Assembly: GCA_024233085.1 (NCBI GenBank)
Contig: JACKQC010000020.1
Location: 35,884-99,883 of the forward strand
From: Akkermansiaceae bacterium
GTDB taxonomy: Bacteria; Verrucomicrobiota; Verrucomicrobiia; Verrucomicrobiales; DEV007
Direction of reading: 5' to 3'
DNA length: 64,000 nt
Below are positions 37,719 through 47,420 of the stretch, piece by piece. Position numbers and translations under genes: made by a program. The stretch's first letter is position 1. Each line of letters begins with the position of its first letter. The notes beneath the pieces were generated by a model that saw only the letters and a program-made list of their open reading frames with translations, searched no databases and was not told the origin of the DNA.

Positions 37719-40558
37719 GGATTTTCCGTTCCGAAACGAATCGGTTCCCGCGTCCTTTCCTCCTTTGGACGCTGGCGACCGCCTGTTTTAGCCTGTTGGG
37801 AATCGGAACCGGGCGGGTGGACGCGACCGATCTGGTCGGCGGCGAGGCGCCCGTCCTGTTGAGCCCGGAGGAGGCTCTCAAGAAATTCACGATGGCCGAC
37901 GGCTTCGAGATTTCCCTCTGGGCGTCGGAGGCGGACATGCCGCTGCAAAGTCCGTGCGCGATGACCTTCGACAGCGAGGGACGGCTCTGGGTAACGAATA
38001 TCCCAAGCCAGCCCCACGCCAAGCCGGACGTCAAACCGGACGACTCGATTGTGGTGTTGCGGGACACCGACCGTGACGGCAGGGCGGATGCCTCCACCGT
38101 TTTCGCGACCGGGCTCTATCTGCCGATGGGGTTGGCGGTGGCGGACGGGGGCAAGACCGTCTACGTCTGCGACGAGCCGAATCTGCTGAAGCTCACCGAC
38201 GAAGACGGCGATCTGAAAGCCGACAGGAAAGAGATTTTTCTCCACGGCTTCGGGACCGAGGACAATCACCACTTCATTTCGGGGTTTCAGTGGGGACCGG
38301 GAGGTCGCCTGTTTTTCGGGCAGGGCCTCTTTCTGAACACGCAGGTGGAAACGCCATACGGTCCGGTGCGAGCCCACGAGGCGGCCGTATTCCGGCTCGA
38401 TCCGCGCGACCAGAAGCTGGAAGTGTTCGGGAACTACGGCTGGTCGAATGTGTGGGGGGTGGTCTTCGACGACTGGGGGCAGGGGCTCATCGCGGACGCG
38501 TCGCCGGCGCTGAACTATTATCTGAGCCACACCACGGGCCGGTTCGATTATCCGAAGCCCGGCAAATACGACAACTTCATTGCGGTGCGCGGCGGCTATT
38601 CGTTCACGCCGACCGGCCGCCGCCCCTCCTGCGGGAACGAACTGCTCTGGAGCGCGCATTTTCCGGAGGAAGTCCGCGGCTGGTACGTCACCAACCAGAT
38701 GAAAGGCTGGCACGGCCTGCGTTGGTACCGGCTGAAGGAAGAGGGCAGCGGTTATGTCGCCGACCAGCCCCGCGGCGAGGAGGAACTCCTGACGTGCTCG
38801 GACATTATCTTCCGGCCCGTCGCCCAGCAGATCGGGCCCGACGGCGCGCTCTACGTGCTGGATTATCACAATCCCATCGTCGGCCACACGACCTACAGCT
38901 TTCGCGATCCGCGCCACATCAAAACCTACGGGCGCATCTGGCGAATCACGGCCCAGGATCGGCCGCTCGCCTGGCAGCCAAAGATCCGCGGGGAGGCCGT
39001 CGAGACCCTTCTCGATCTTCTCAAGGACCGGGAAAATTTCCGCTGGCGCTATTTCGCGCGGCGCGAGCTTCAGGAAAGGAAGCCGGAGGAAGTCCTGCCC
39101 GTCCTCGAAAAGTGGATCGCCGCGACCGCGGACGAGCATGACTGGTGCGAGGCGCTCTGGGTCGAGCAGGGATTGAATCATTACGATCTCGACCTGCTTC
39201 GACGGCTTTTAAAAGCCGAGAGCCACGACGCCCGGACCGCGGCGGTGCGCGTGCTCCGCTACTGGCAGGAAAAGCTGCCGGCCGGCGAGGCGGCGACCCT
39301 GCTCGAGGCGGCGGTGACCGATCCCAGTCAACGCGTCAGGCTCGAGGGATTGGTGGCCGCCGGCTGGTATCGCGACCCGGCCCGGGCCATCGAGATCGCG
39401 GCCCTCGCGTTGGATCGGGAGATGGACCTCGGTTTTCAGTTGGCGGCGCAGGATACCCTGACCTGGTTGGCGAAGCGGGTGGACCCGGCGCCGGAGTCGG
39501 TGGAGCGCTTTCTGCTGCCCACCCGGGACGACGCGACGCTGCTGACCCGCAAGATCGACGAATCGGTGGCCCGGGAGTTGCTGAGCCGGTCCGCCATTCC
39601 CGCCGGGAAACACCGGGAAGCCCTGGCGGTGTTGGGCGAGTCCGCGGGCCGTTCCGCGCTTGAGGAATTGCTTCACCAATTGGGAAGCCCGGAGAAGGCC
39701 GGCGAGAAATTGCTCCCGGTCCTGAATGCCCGCCTGCTCGACTGGGATGCCGGCGAAACGGAAGCGCGAGTTCCGGACCTGGAATCGCTGGCGACCGCCT
39801 CGACCGACGCGACGATTCGCGCCCACGCCGGCGCCGTGCTGGTTCGATTGGGACGGGAGGCCGAGCCTTCGGAGAAATCTCCCGCCGCGAAAAAGATCGA
39901 TTTTCTCGGGGCGGTCAAACTCGCCGGTCGCGGCCGGGTTCCCGGACCTCTGGCGGACGCCGTCGAAGCCCTGCTGGCTCCTTCGCAACCGGTGTCCGTG
40001 CGCCAGGCCGCCGCCGCCGCGATTCCCCTGTTCCCCGACCGGGACGCGGCCCACCTGAAACTGCTCGCCGAGATGGCCGACGCCAACGCGGGCAAGGATT
40101 TGCCCACCAGTTTCGCCGCCCTGGAGGCGATGAAGCGCATACCGCAATCGTCGTGGCCCGCCGAATACGCGAACAAAACCCTGACACGCATCCGGATCAG
40201 TGCCACGCCCAATTTGCGCTTCGATCCGGATCAGTTCGCGGTGAAGGCCGGCAGCGCGGTCGAGCTGACCTTTTACAATCCGGACAATCTCTACCACAAC
40301 CTGGTGCTCGTCGACGCCGGCGCCCTCGAAAGGGTCGGCACGGCCGCGGACATGATGGCGGGAGTACCCGACGGGCTCGAGAAAAACTACGTGCCCGACG
40401 ATCCGGGAGTGCTGCACTGGACGCCGCAGCTCACCATCGGAGGGGCGCGGACGCACGTTCTGCGCTTTTACGCGCCGGATAAGCCGGGCGATTACCCCTA
40501 CATCTGCACCTTCCCCGGCCACTGGCGCGCCATGCGGGGGGTGATGCGGGTGGAGTGA
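37715..40558 (+). CDS. Membrane-bound-dehydrogenase-domain / HEAT-repeat protein with C-terminal azurin-like cupredoxin domain
   Basis: ATG 37715 in the frame of ORF 37442..40558. Signal or anchor at the N-terminus. FTMADGFEISLWASE...DSEGRLWV is the PVC 'putative membrane-bound dehydrogenase' N-terminal domain. The C-terminus YHNLVLV...YPYICTFPGHWRAMRGVMRV matches the azurin ligand pattern H...C-TFPGH-xxxM. Confidence 0.7.
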   Translation: MRIFRSETNRFPRPFLLWTLATACFSLLGIGTGRVDATDLVGGEAPVLLSPEEALKKFTMADGFEISLWASEADMPLQSPCAMTFDSEGRLWVTNIPSQPHAKPDVKPDDSIVVLRDTDRDGRADASTVFATGLYLPMGLAVADGGKTVYVCDEPNLLKLTDEDGDLKADRKEIFLHGFGTEDNHHFISGFQWGPGGRLFFGQGLFLNTQVETPYGPVRAHEAAVFRLDPRDQKLEVFGNYGWSNVWGVVFDDWGQGLIADASPALNYYLSHTTGRFDYPKPGKYDNFIAVRGGYSFTPTGRRPSCGNELLWSAHFPEEVRGWYVTNQMKGWHGLRWYRLKEEGSGYVADQPRGEEELLTCSDIIFRPVAQQIGPDGALYVLDYHNPIVGHTTYSFRDPRHIKTYGRIWRITAQDRPLAWQPKIRGEAVETLLDLLKDRENFRWRYFARRELQERKPEEVLPVLEKWIAATADEHDWCEALWVEQGLNHYDLDLLRRLLKAESHDARTAAVRVLRYWQEKLPAGEAATLLEAAVTDPSQRVRLEGLVAAGWYRDPARAIEIAALALDREMDLGFQLAAQDTLTWLAKRVDPAPESVERFLLPTRDDATLLTRKIDESVARELLSRSAIPAGKHREALAVLGESAGRSALEELLHQLGSPEKAGEKLLPVLNARLLDWDAGETEARVPDLESLATASTDATIRAHAGAVLVRLGREAEPSEKSPAAKKIDFLGAVKLAGRGRVPGPLADAVEALLAPSQPVSVRQAAAAAIPLFPDRDAAHLKLLAEMADANAGKDLPTSFAALEAMKRIPQSSWPAEYANKTLTRIRISATPNLRFDPDQFAVKAGSAVELTFYNPDNLYHNLVLVDAGALERVGTAADMMAGVPDGLEKNYVPDDPGVLHWTPQLTIGGARTHVLRFYAPDKPGDYPYICTFPGHWRAMRGVMRVE

Positions 40559-40580
40559 AATTTGCCCACTTCCCGGTTAC

Positions 40581-40645
40581 CTCAACAGGGTTTGCCCGCC
40601 GACCCAACAGGGTTGAGTCAGTGACCCAACCCTGTTGGGTGTCCG
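40581..40645. repeat. REP-like hairpin cluster (3 units)
   Basis: CTCAACAGGGTTTGCCC, GACCCAACAGGGTTGAGTC and GACCCAACCCTGTTGGGTG. Confidence 0.7.
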
Positions 40646-40665
40646 CCGATCCGTTTTTCTCGAAA

Positions 40666-41280
40666 ATGACCAAATCGATCGAATTCGACCTGGAGGGCAA
40701 AGACCGGGAACACGCCTACCGTTTGCTCGGCGGCTTGGTGACTCCGCGTCCGATCGCGTGGGTGACGACGCAGGATCGGGAAGGCCGGGTCAACGCGGCG
40801 CCGTTCAGTTTTTTCAACGTGCTGGGAACCTGCCCGCCTATCCTGGGATTCGCCCCGGGAAACAAGAGCGCGGATCTTCCCAAAGACACAGCGCGTAACA
40901 TTCGCGCGACGGGAGAGTTTGTCGTCAATCTGGTGGACGAGGCGGTGGCCGAAGCGATGAACCTGACCGCCGCCGAACTGGAATACGGCCGGAGCGAGAT
41001 CGACCACGCCGGCCTGACGGTGGCGGAGAGCGCGGTGGTGGCGCCGCCCCGGATCGCCGAGGCGCCCGTGGCGCTGGAATGCCGGGAGTGGTCCACGCTG
41101 GAGTTTGGCCGCAATCGTTTGGTGATCGGACGAATCCTCCGGATTCAGGCCCGGGAGGGAATCGTCGATCCGGCGACTCTGCGGGTAAATGACGAAGCTT
41201 ACCTTCCCATCGGCCGCATGCGGGCGCCGGCCCAGTATTGCCGGACCCGGGATCGCTTCGACATGGAGCGTCCGGATTGA
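40666..41280 (+). CDS. Flavin reductase-like (FMN-binding split-barrel) protein
   Basis: Internal ATG of ORF 40555..41280. ...LLGGLVTPRPIAWVTTQDREGRVNAAPFSFFN... Confidence 0.7.
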   Translation: MTKSIEFDLEGKDREHAYRLLGGLVTPRPIAWVTTQDREGRVNAAPFSFFNVLGTCPPILGFAPGNKSADLPKDTARNIRATGEFVVNLVDEAVAEAMNLTAAELEYGRSEIDHAGLTVAESAVVAPPRIAEAPVALECREWSTLEFGRNRLVIGRILRIQAREGIVDPATLRVNDEAYLPIGRMRAPAQYCRTRDRFDMERPD

Positions 41281-41286
41281 ATCGGC

Positions 41287-41880
41287 TCAGTTGCGGGCCA
41301 GGATCACGCGGCGGAGGCGCCCGACACCGCGCCGGATGCGGGCTTTGACGGTGCCGATCGGTTCGCCGAGACGGCGGGCGATTTCGTCCTGGGAAAGCCC
41401 GTCAAAATAAGCCATCTCGATCGCCTGGCGCTGGATGTCGGTGAGTTCGATAATCGCGTTCCACACCGTCTCGCACTGCTCGCGGCGCATCGCGAGGGCG
41501 CGGCCGTCAAGATGGGGTTTCTGGGGATCGGCGGTTTCGCCGGACTCTTCCAGGGAGGAGCGCAGGCGATGGCGCCGCCGATTGGCGCGGAGGCGATCGA
41601 TGGCGCGGTTTCTCGCCAGAGAAGTCAGCCAAGTCACGGGGCGTCCCCGCGAGGCCTCGTATAGTCCGGCTTTCCGCCAGAGGGCGAAAAGCGTTTCCTG
41701 AAGGACTTCTTCCGTGTCTTCCGCCTGATTGAGAACCTGAAAGATCGCGGAGTAAAGATGTCGGGAATAACGCTCGTAGAGCCGGCGAAAGCTGTCGCGA
41801 TTGCCGTTGGCGATGCCGCGCAACAGCAACGTGTCGCTTTCGTCATCGAAAGCGGAGGATTCAGGCGTGGAGGCATTCAT
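41287..41880 (-). CDS. ECF-type RNA polymerase sigma-70 family factor
   Basis: Internal ATG of ORF 41287..42147. Region 2: FRRLYERYSRHLYSAIFQVL...EEVLQETLFALWRK. Region 4: LTDIQRQAIEMAYFDGLSQDEIARRLGEPIGTVKARIRRG. Confidence 0.8.
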   Translation of the reverse strand: MNASTPESSAFDDESDTLLLRGIANGNRDSFRRLYERYSRHLYSAIFQVLNQAEDTEEVLQETLFALWRKAGLYEASRGRPVTWLTSLARNRAIDRLRANRRRHRLRSSLEESGETADPQKPHLDGRALAMRREQCETVWNAIIELTDIQRQAIEMAYFDGLSQDEIARRLGEPIGTVKARIRRGVGRLRRVILARN

Positions 41881-42025
41881 ATCAATAACACTAATAAATG
41901 GGGCAAATTTTGCTTCAAATGGATTTGGCATTAGATTTCCGAATATAGAAAATCTTTGGGTTAGCGAGGCTTTTGATCTCGATCCGAAAAAAATCGAATG
42001 CGCGGGAGGAGCCGACGTGCTTTCG

Positions 42026-43384
42026 ATGATGATGGCGATCCAATCCAGAAGCGGAACCGTTTTGTCGGTTTCGGAGCTGACTCGTTCGATCCGGGACACG
42101 CTGGAGGGACGTTTCGGCACGGTCTGGGTGGAGGGGGAAATCAGCAATTATCGTCCCCACGGCTCGGGGCATCATTATTTCACGCTGAAAGACGACACGG
42201 CTCAACTGTCTTGCGTGCTGTTTCGCGGACAGGCCCGAAACCTGTCGATGCGGCTCGCCGACGGGCTGAAGGTTCAGGCGGAGGGGGAGATCACGGTGTA
42301 CGAGGCGCGGGGGCAATATCAGTTGGTGGCCAAATGGTTGCAACCGGTGGGCCGCGGGGAGTTACAGGCGCGTTTCGAGGCCTTGAAACGGAAGCTGGAA
42401 GTCGAGGGATTGTTCGATCGGGGGGCGAAGAAGCCGGTGCCCCGGTTTCCCCGCTGTGTGGGGGTGGTCACTTCGCCGACGGGCGCCGCGATCCGGGACA
42501 TTCTCAATGTGTTGAGCCGACGCGCGCCGTGGGTGCGGGTCTTGGTGTTTCCGGTGCGGGTCCAGGGCGAGGGAGGCGAGCGCGAAATCGCGGAAACCCT
42601 GAACTGGATCGGAAGCCTTCGGACGGGAGATCTTCCCCCCATCGACACCCTGATCGTTGGCAGGGGAGGCGGCAGCATCGAGGATCTTTGGAATTTTAAC
42701 GAGGAGATCGTGGCCAGGGCGATTCATGCCTGCCCGATTCCGGTGATTTCGGCGGTCGGACACGAAATCGATTTCACCATTGCCGACTTCGTGGCCGATT
42801 TGCGGGCTCCCACTCCGAGCGCGGCGGCGGAATTGGCCGTGCCGGACGGGGAAGAACTGGTTCGGAGGCTCGGCTCCCTGTCGGATCGGCTCAATGCCGA
42901 AGTGGAGGACGCATTGGAGCATTTCGCGATGGTCATGGAATTGACGGAGAAAGCGCTCCTTGCCCACGAGCCGAGACGCCTCCTGCAGGGCTACGCGCAG
43001 TCGATCGACCACGCGCAGGAGCGGCTTGGGCAATGGGTGGAGTCGGCCATGGTGGAGTTTTCGGGAAGGCTCGATCTCCTCGGGAGTCGATTGGGTTCCC
43101 AGCGTCCGATCGACCGAATCGAATCGGAACGGAACGCCGCTGGGAGATTGTGGGAACGCCTCGATTTTGCCGGCAAGATCGGAATGGACAAGACTGGCGA
43201 CACGCTGGCCGGTCTCGCAAAGGCGCTGGAGATGCTGAGCCCGTCGAACGTGATGGGGCGAGGCTATTCGATGACGTTCGATCGCGATGGGAACGCCGTG
43301 ATCGATCCGGCGAGGGTGGAAGCGGGGGATATTCTCACCACTCGGGTGGCGAAAGGAGAAATCGAGAGCGTGGTTCGCGGATGA
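42026..43384 (+). CDS. xseA: Exodeoxyribonuclease VII large subunit
   Basis: Internal ATG of ORF 41801..43384. LSVSELTRSIRDTLEGRFGTVWVEGEISNYRPHGSGHHYFTLKD..., GRGGGSIEDLWNFNEE. Confidence 0.85.
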   Translation: MMMAIQSRSGTVLSVSELTRSIRDTLEGRFGTVWVEGEISNYRPHGSGHHYFTLKDDTAQLSCVLFRGQARNLSMRLADGLKVQAEGEITVYEARGQYQLVAKWLQPVGRGELQARFEALKRKLEVEGLFDRGAKKPVPRFPRCVGVVTSPTGAAIRDILNVLSRRAPWVRVLVFPVRVQGEGGEREIAETLNWIGSLRTGDLPPIDTLIVGRGGGSIEDLWNFNEEIVARAIHACPIPVISAVGHEIDFTIADFVADLRAPTPSAAAELAVPDGEELVRRLGSLSDRLNAEVEDALEHFAMVMELTEKALLAHEPRRLLQGYAQSIDHAQERLGQWVESAMVEFSGRLDLLGSRLGSQRPIDRIESERNAAGRLWERLDFAGKIGMDKTGDTLAGLAKALEMLSPSNVMGRGYSMTFDRDGNAVIDPARVEAGDILTTRVAKGEIESVVRG

Positions 43385-43401
43385 GATTTTCTGGGAAAAC
43401 G

Positions 43402-43440
43402 AAAAAACCCCGGCGGACTGGGGCGTCCGCCGGGGTTTGT
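43402..43440. terminator. Bidirectional rho-independent terminator candidate
   Basis: AAAAAACCCCGGCGG-ACTGGGGCGT-CCGCCGGGGTTTG. An 11-bp GC-rich stem (43406..43416 / 43427..43437) is flanked by an A-run and a T-run, between convergent genes. Confidence 0.6.
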
Positions 43441-43470
43441 CGATGAGTAATGGTAGGTCGAGAAAAGGAC

Positions 43471-44160
43471 TCAGGGCATCAGCACCCTGTCCTGATCGAC
43501 GGCCAACAGGCCGCGGGACTCGCCCTCGTCGCCGGCGGCTCGTTTTTCGAAGATCTCGAGACCGTCGCGGGTCTTGACGACCGCGCCGGGCTCGCGGGAG
43601 TCGAGGCGTTCCGAGGCGACGTTGCCGCCGCAGTAGCCGACCACGGCCTTCTTCGAGTTCAGCCAGGGATGAAACTCGCCATAGGTGCCGACGCTTTCCT
43701 GCTCGTCCGCCACCAGCGGGGAACGGCTGAAGGTGGTGTCGAGCTGGCCACTGACGTAGGTGTAGGTCACCTCTTCGGTTTCCAGCTCGCCATTCTCGCG
43801 CGGCGGGCGTTGCTTTTCCGGATTGGTGGTCTTGTACCAGAAGATCGACTCGGTATCGATGTAACCTTCCTGGATCAGAACATTGAACGCCTCGGTGGAG
43901 GTCCCCAGATCGGAGTCCTGATCCCCGCTGTCCGCCGCGTCGTCGATTTTCCACGAGGGATAGGAACCCTCGTAGTCGGTCGCGAACGACTTGCAGGCGA
44001 GGATGATTTGGCGGACGTTGCTGATGTCCTTGGTAATCTTCGCGCTTTCCTGCATCCGGGTGAATGCGGGCATGGCGAAGCTGGCCAGCACGGCGATGAT
44101 CGTGATCACCACCATGAGTTCGATCAGGGTGAAGCCCTGATTTTTTCGTTTCGCTTTCAT
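43471..44160 (-). CDS. Prepilin-type N-terminal cleavage/methylation domain protein (pseudopilin-like)
   Basis: Internal ATG of ORF 43471..44238: MKAKRKNQGFTLIELMVVITIIAVLASFAMP. Confidence 0.75.
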   Translation of the reverse strand: MKAKRKNQGFTLIELMVVITIIAVLASFAMPAFTRMQESAKITKDISNVRQIILACKSFATDYEGSYPSWKIDDAADSGDQDSDLGTSTEAFNVLIQEGYIDTESIFWYKTTNPEKQRPPRENGELETEEVTYTYVSGQLDTTFSRSPLVADEQESVGTYGEFHPWLNSKKAVVGYCGGNVASERLDSREPGAVVKTRDGLEIFEKRAAGDEGESRGLLAVDQDRVLMP

Positions 44161-44380
44161 TTCTTGTAGTCCTTTTATTTGGGTATAAGGCCGTTTCCGG
44201 CATATGACTGCATTGGAGCCGTCACGAGAGCCCCGCACTCGCGGGAACCATGGCCGACTCCGGGTACAGACTGCCAGTTTCGCGAAACGAAGGCAAGAAA
44301 AACCGCCGGTTTTCGACGATTCCCGAATCGCCGCCGGAGTTCCCGGAAAAAGAAACGCGCGGAAACGCGAGAACCGGCGT

Positions 44381-46600
44381 TCAGGAGGAAGCGCGTCTGA
44401 AAATCACTGTGGCCAGGGGCGGCAATTGAACCTGGATCGACTGGTCGCGCCCGTGGGAGGAAATTCCCTCCGAAGGCGCTCCGCCAAGGCTGCCGACATT
44501 CGAGCCGCCGTAGCGGTCCGAGTCCGTGTTGAGGATTTCCTCGTAAAACCCGGCCTGAGAGACTCCGACCCGGTAATCGCGCCGCGGAACGGGGGTGGCG
44601 TTGACAATCACCAGCAGATCCTCCCCGCGTCTCCCGCGCCGAACGAAGGCGAAGGTGCTGTTTTCGTTGTCCAGATGATCGATCCACTCGAAGCCCTCGG
44701 GCCGATGATCGAGTTCGTTCAAGCCGGGCTCGCTTCGGTAGAGGCGGTTGAGATCCTGCACGAGAGTGCGCACGCCGGCGTGTTCCCGATGCCCGAGCAG
44801 GTGCCAGTCGATGCTGCCGTCGAAATTCCACTCGGCCGACTGGGCGATCTCACAGCCCTGAAAGAGCAGCTTTTTCCCGGGGTGGGCGAACATCCAGGCC
44901 AGAAACAGGCGCAGGTTGGCGAATTGCTGCCAGCGGTCGCCCGGCATCTTTTCCAGGAGCGACTTCTTGCCGTGCACCACCTCGTCATGGCTCAGCACGA
45001 GGATGTAATTCTCGTGGTAGGCGTAGATCATCGCGAAGGTCGCCTCGCCATGGTGAAAGCGCCGGTGCACGGGGTCGCGGCTCATGTATTGCAGGAAATC
45101 GTGCATCCAGCCCATGTTCCACTTGAAGCCAAAGCCCAGGCCTCCGGTGTCCACCGGCTTCGACACGCCGGGGAAGGCGGTCGATTCCTCCGCCGCCATG
45201 ACGATGCCCGGGTGTTCGGCGTAGCAGACCGAATTGAGTTCCCGCAGAAAGCCGATCGCTTCGAGGTTTTCGCGTCCCCCGTGCCGATTCGGAACCCACT
45301 GGCCCTCCTCCCGCGAATAGTCGAGGTAAAGCATCGACGCCACCGCGTCCACCCGGAGGCCATCGATGTGATATTCATCCAGCCAGAACAAGGCGTTGGC
45401 GATCAAGAAATTGCGGACCTCGTTGCGGCCGAAGTTGAAAATCAGCGTGCCCCAGTCCATGTGCTCGCCCTGGCGGGGATCGTCGTGTTCGTAGAGGGAT
45501 GTCCCGTCAAAGCGCGCCAAGCCGTGGTCATCCTTCGGGAAATGCGCCGGCACCCAGTCGAGGATGATCCCGATACCCCGTTGATGGGCACGGTCCACGA
45601 ACTCGCGAAACTCGTCCGGGCTTCCGAAACGGCTGGTCGGCGAGAAATAACCGCACACCTGATAACCCCACGAGCCGTCGAAGGGAAATTCCGTCACCGG
45701 CATCAGTTCGATGTGGGTGAAGCCCATCTCCGCGACATAGTCGAGCAGGCGATCCCCCAGTTCGCGATAGCTGAGAAAGCGGTCGCCCTCCTCCGGGACT
45801 CTCGCCCAGGAGCCGAGGTGAACCTCGTAGATGGAGACCGGCCCCTGGTAGAGATCGCGCTCGGCGCGGGAGGTCATCCAATCCGCGTCGCCCCATTCGT
45901 AGCGGTTCAGGTCGTGGACGATCGACGCGGTCGAGGTTCCGTGTTGGGAGAAAAAAGCGAGGGGATCGCTCTTCTTGAACAGCCTTCCGTCGCCGCCGAT
46001 CAGCTCGAATTGGTAGTGGTCGCCGGGGGCCGCGTGCGGCACGAAGATTTCCCACACCCCGGTCTCGACCCGCTTGCGCATGGGATGGACGCGCCCGTCC
46101 CATTGGTTAAAATCGCCGGTCACGCTCACCCGGCGGGCGTTCGGCGCCCAGACGGCAAAGCACACACCGGTCACCCCGTCGAATTCCGCGGGGCGGGCGC
46201 CGAGCTTTTTCCACAGCCGGCGGTGTGAACCCTCGGCGAGGAAATACATGTCCATTTCACCCAGCATCGGAGGAAACCGAAAGGCGTCCTCGACCGGCCC
46301 GCGCGCCGTTCCCGTCGGGTCCACCCACCTCAAACGGTAGACCGGCGGCGCGCCGTCGGCGGGCGAACCGAGCCGGCCTTCGAAGACCCCCGCGGGGTGC
46401 CGTTTCGCGCACTCGATCTCCCTCCCGTCGTCGAGGAGGATCCAAAGCTGTTCAGCGCCGGGTCGCATGGCGCGGACGATCCATTCGCCGGACTCCGGGC
46501 ACGCGTGGGCGCCGAGCACCGAGAAAGGATCCCCGTGCTCGCCGTTCGCGATGCGCTCGACTTCGGCGGCGTCACGGAAATGGGGGGTGGGATCGGGCAT
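44381..46600 (-). CDS. glgB: 1,4-alpha-glucan branching enzyme
   Basis: Internal ATG of ORF 44381..46762. ...GFTHIELMPVTEFPFDGSWGYQ..., IGIILDWVPAHF, DGLRVDAVASMLY. Confidence 0.9.
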   Translation of the reverse strand: MPDPTPHFRDAAEVERIANGEHGDPFSVLGAHACPESGEWIVRAMRPGAEQLWILLDDGREIECAKRHPAGVFEGRLGSPADGAPPVYRLRWVDPTGTARGPVEDAFRFPPMLGEMDMYFLAEGSHRRLWKKLGARPAEFDGVTGVCFAVWAPNARRVSVTGDFNQWDGRVHPMRKRVETGVWEIFVPHAAPGDHYQFELIGGDGRLFKKSDPLAFFSQHGTSTASIVHDLNRYEWGDADWMTSRAERDLYQGPVSIYEVHLGSWARVPEEGDRFLSYRELGDRLLDYVAEMGFTHIELMPVTEFPFDGSWGYQVCGYFSPTSRFGSPDEFREFVDRAHQRGIGIILDWVPAHFPKDDHGLARFDGTSLYEHDDPRQGEHMDWGTLIFNFGRNEVRNFLIANALFWLDEYHIDGLRVDAVASMLYLDYSREEGQWVPNRHGGRENLEAIGFLRELNSVCYAEHPGIVMAAEESTAFPGVSKPVDTGGLGFGFKWNMGWMHDFLQYMSRDPVHRRFHHGEATFAMIYAYHENYILVLSHDEVVHGKKSLLEKMPGDRWQQFANLRLFLAWMFAHPGKKLLFQGCEIAQSAEWNFDGSIDWHLLGHREHAGVRTLVQDLNRLYRSEPGLNELDHRPEGFEWIDHLDNENSTFAFVRRGRRGEDLLVIVNATPVPRRDYRVGVSQAGFYEEILNTDSDRYGGSNVGSLGGAPSEGISSHGRDQSIQVQLPPLATVIFRRASS

Positions 46601-46806
46601 GGGTAAAAGCGAGTGGCGCCGAATGAACAATTTCCATTCGCAAAGTGCGCGGTAAAAATGCGTCGGCAGGATGCGGGCCGGAAAAGATTCGGCCGTTTTA
46701 CCTCGTTTACAAGCACTCAGCGTCTCTCCGGGGTTCGAAGGGGCGGGCGATTTTTCCGCCACTCGGCCTTGCGCGGGTGCGACGGTTTTCGGATAGTGCC
46801 CGCCCG

Positions 46807-47304
46807 GTGAACCTACGTCCCCTGCCCACGCCGCCCGAGTTGTTTCGGCTGTTCGAGCGGAAGCAAATCTCGCGCGAGCAATTGCAGACGGCCATGGCCC
46901 TTCACGCCCGCGCCCTGATCGAGGAAATGGTCGAAGCGCGGCGGAATCCCGTCGCGGCGCTGCTGGAGACGGTTCGGAATCGGGCCGCCGCGGCCGTGCT
47001 CGCCCGCCGTCACGGGAGCGCCAGAGTTCGCGAAGTGTTTGCCGCGCTCGGAGCGGTCGAGGATTTTCCTCCGGCCCAGATCCTGTGGAATGCCTCCCAT
47101 CCCGAGGTGCCCCTTCACTGCTTCATTCGCACGGGGCGCCACCCGTTGTTCCGCGTGCAAAAACTCGCCATCAAGCCCCTCCTTGCCGACATCGCCGTGG
47201 AATACACCGTGTCCGCCGAGTCCCCGCTTTACCGCGAACGGCTGCGACTGCGGCGCGACCGATTGGGGCGCCTGGAGGTCGTGGAGAGGCGGGGCGATTC
47301 GTGA
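46807..47304 (+). CDS. Hypothetical protein
   Basis: ORF 46645..47304. A GTG at 46807 is proposed as the start. No recognisable motifs. High-GC codon bias is consistent with coding. Confidence 0.3.
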   Translation: MNLRPLPTPPELFRLFERKQISREQLQTAMALHARALIEEMVEARRNPVAALLETVRNRAAAAVLARRHGSARVREVFAALGAVEDFPPAQILWNASHPEVPLHCFIRTGRHPLFRVQKLAIKPLLADIAVEYTVSAESPLYRERLRLRRDRLGRLEVVERRGDS

Positions 47305-47420
47305 AAAACGGCGCCTCGCCCCGAGGCGTTTCCGGCGCTTGAGAAGCCATCCACCCGGCGCTAGTATCCGCGTTTCCCGCCTCCTCCGGGGGCCTATCAG
47401 CAAACACCAACGACACGTTT

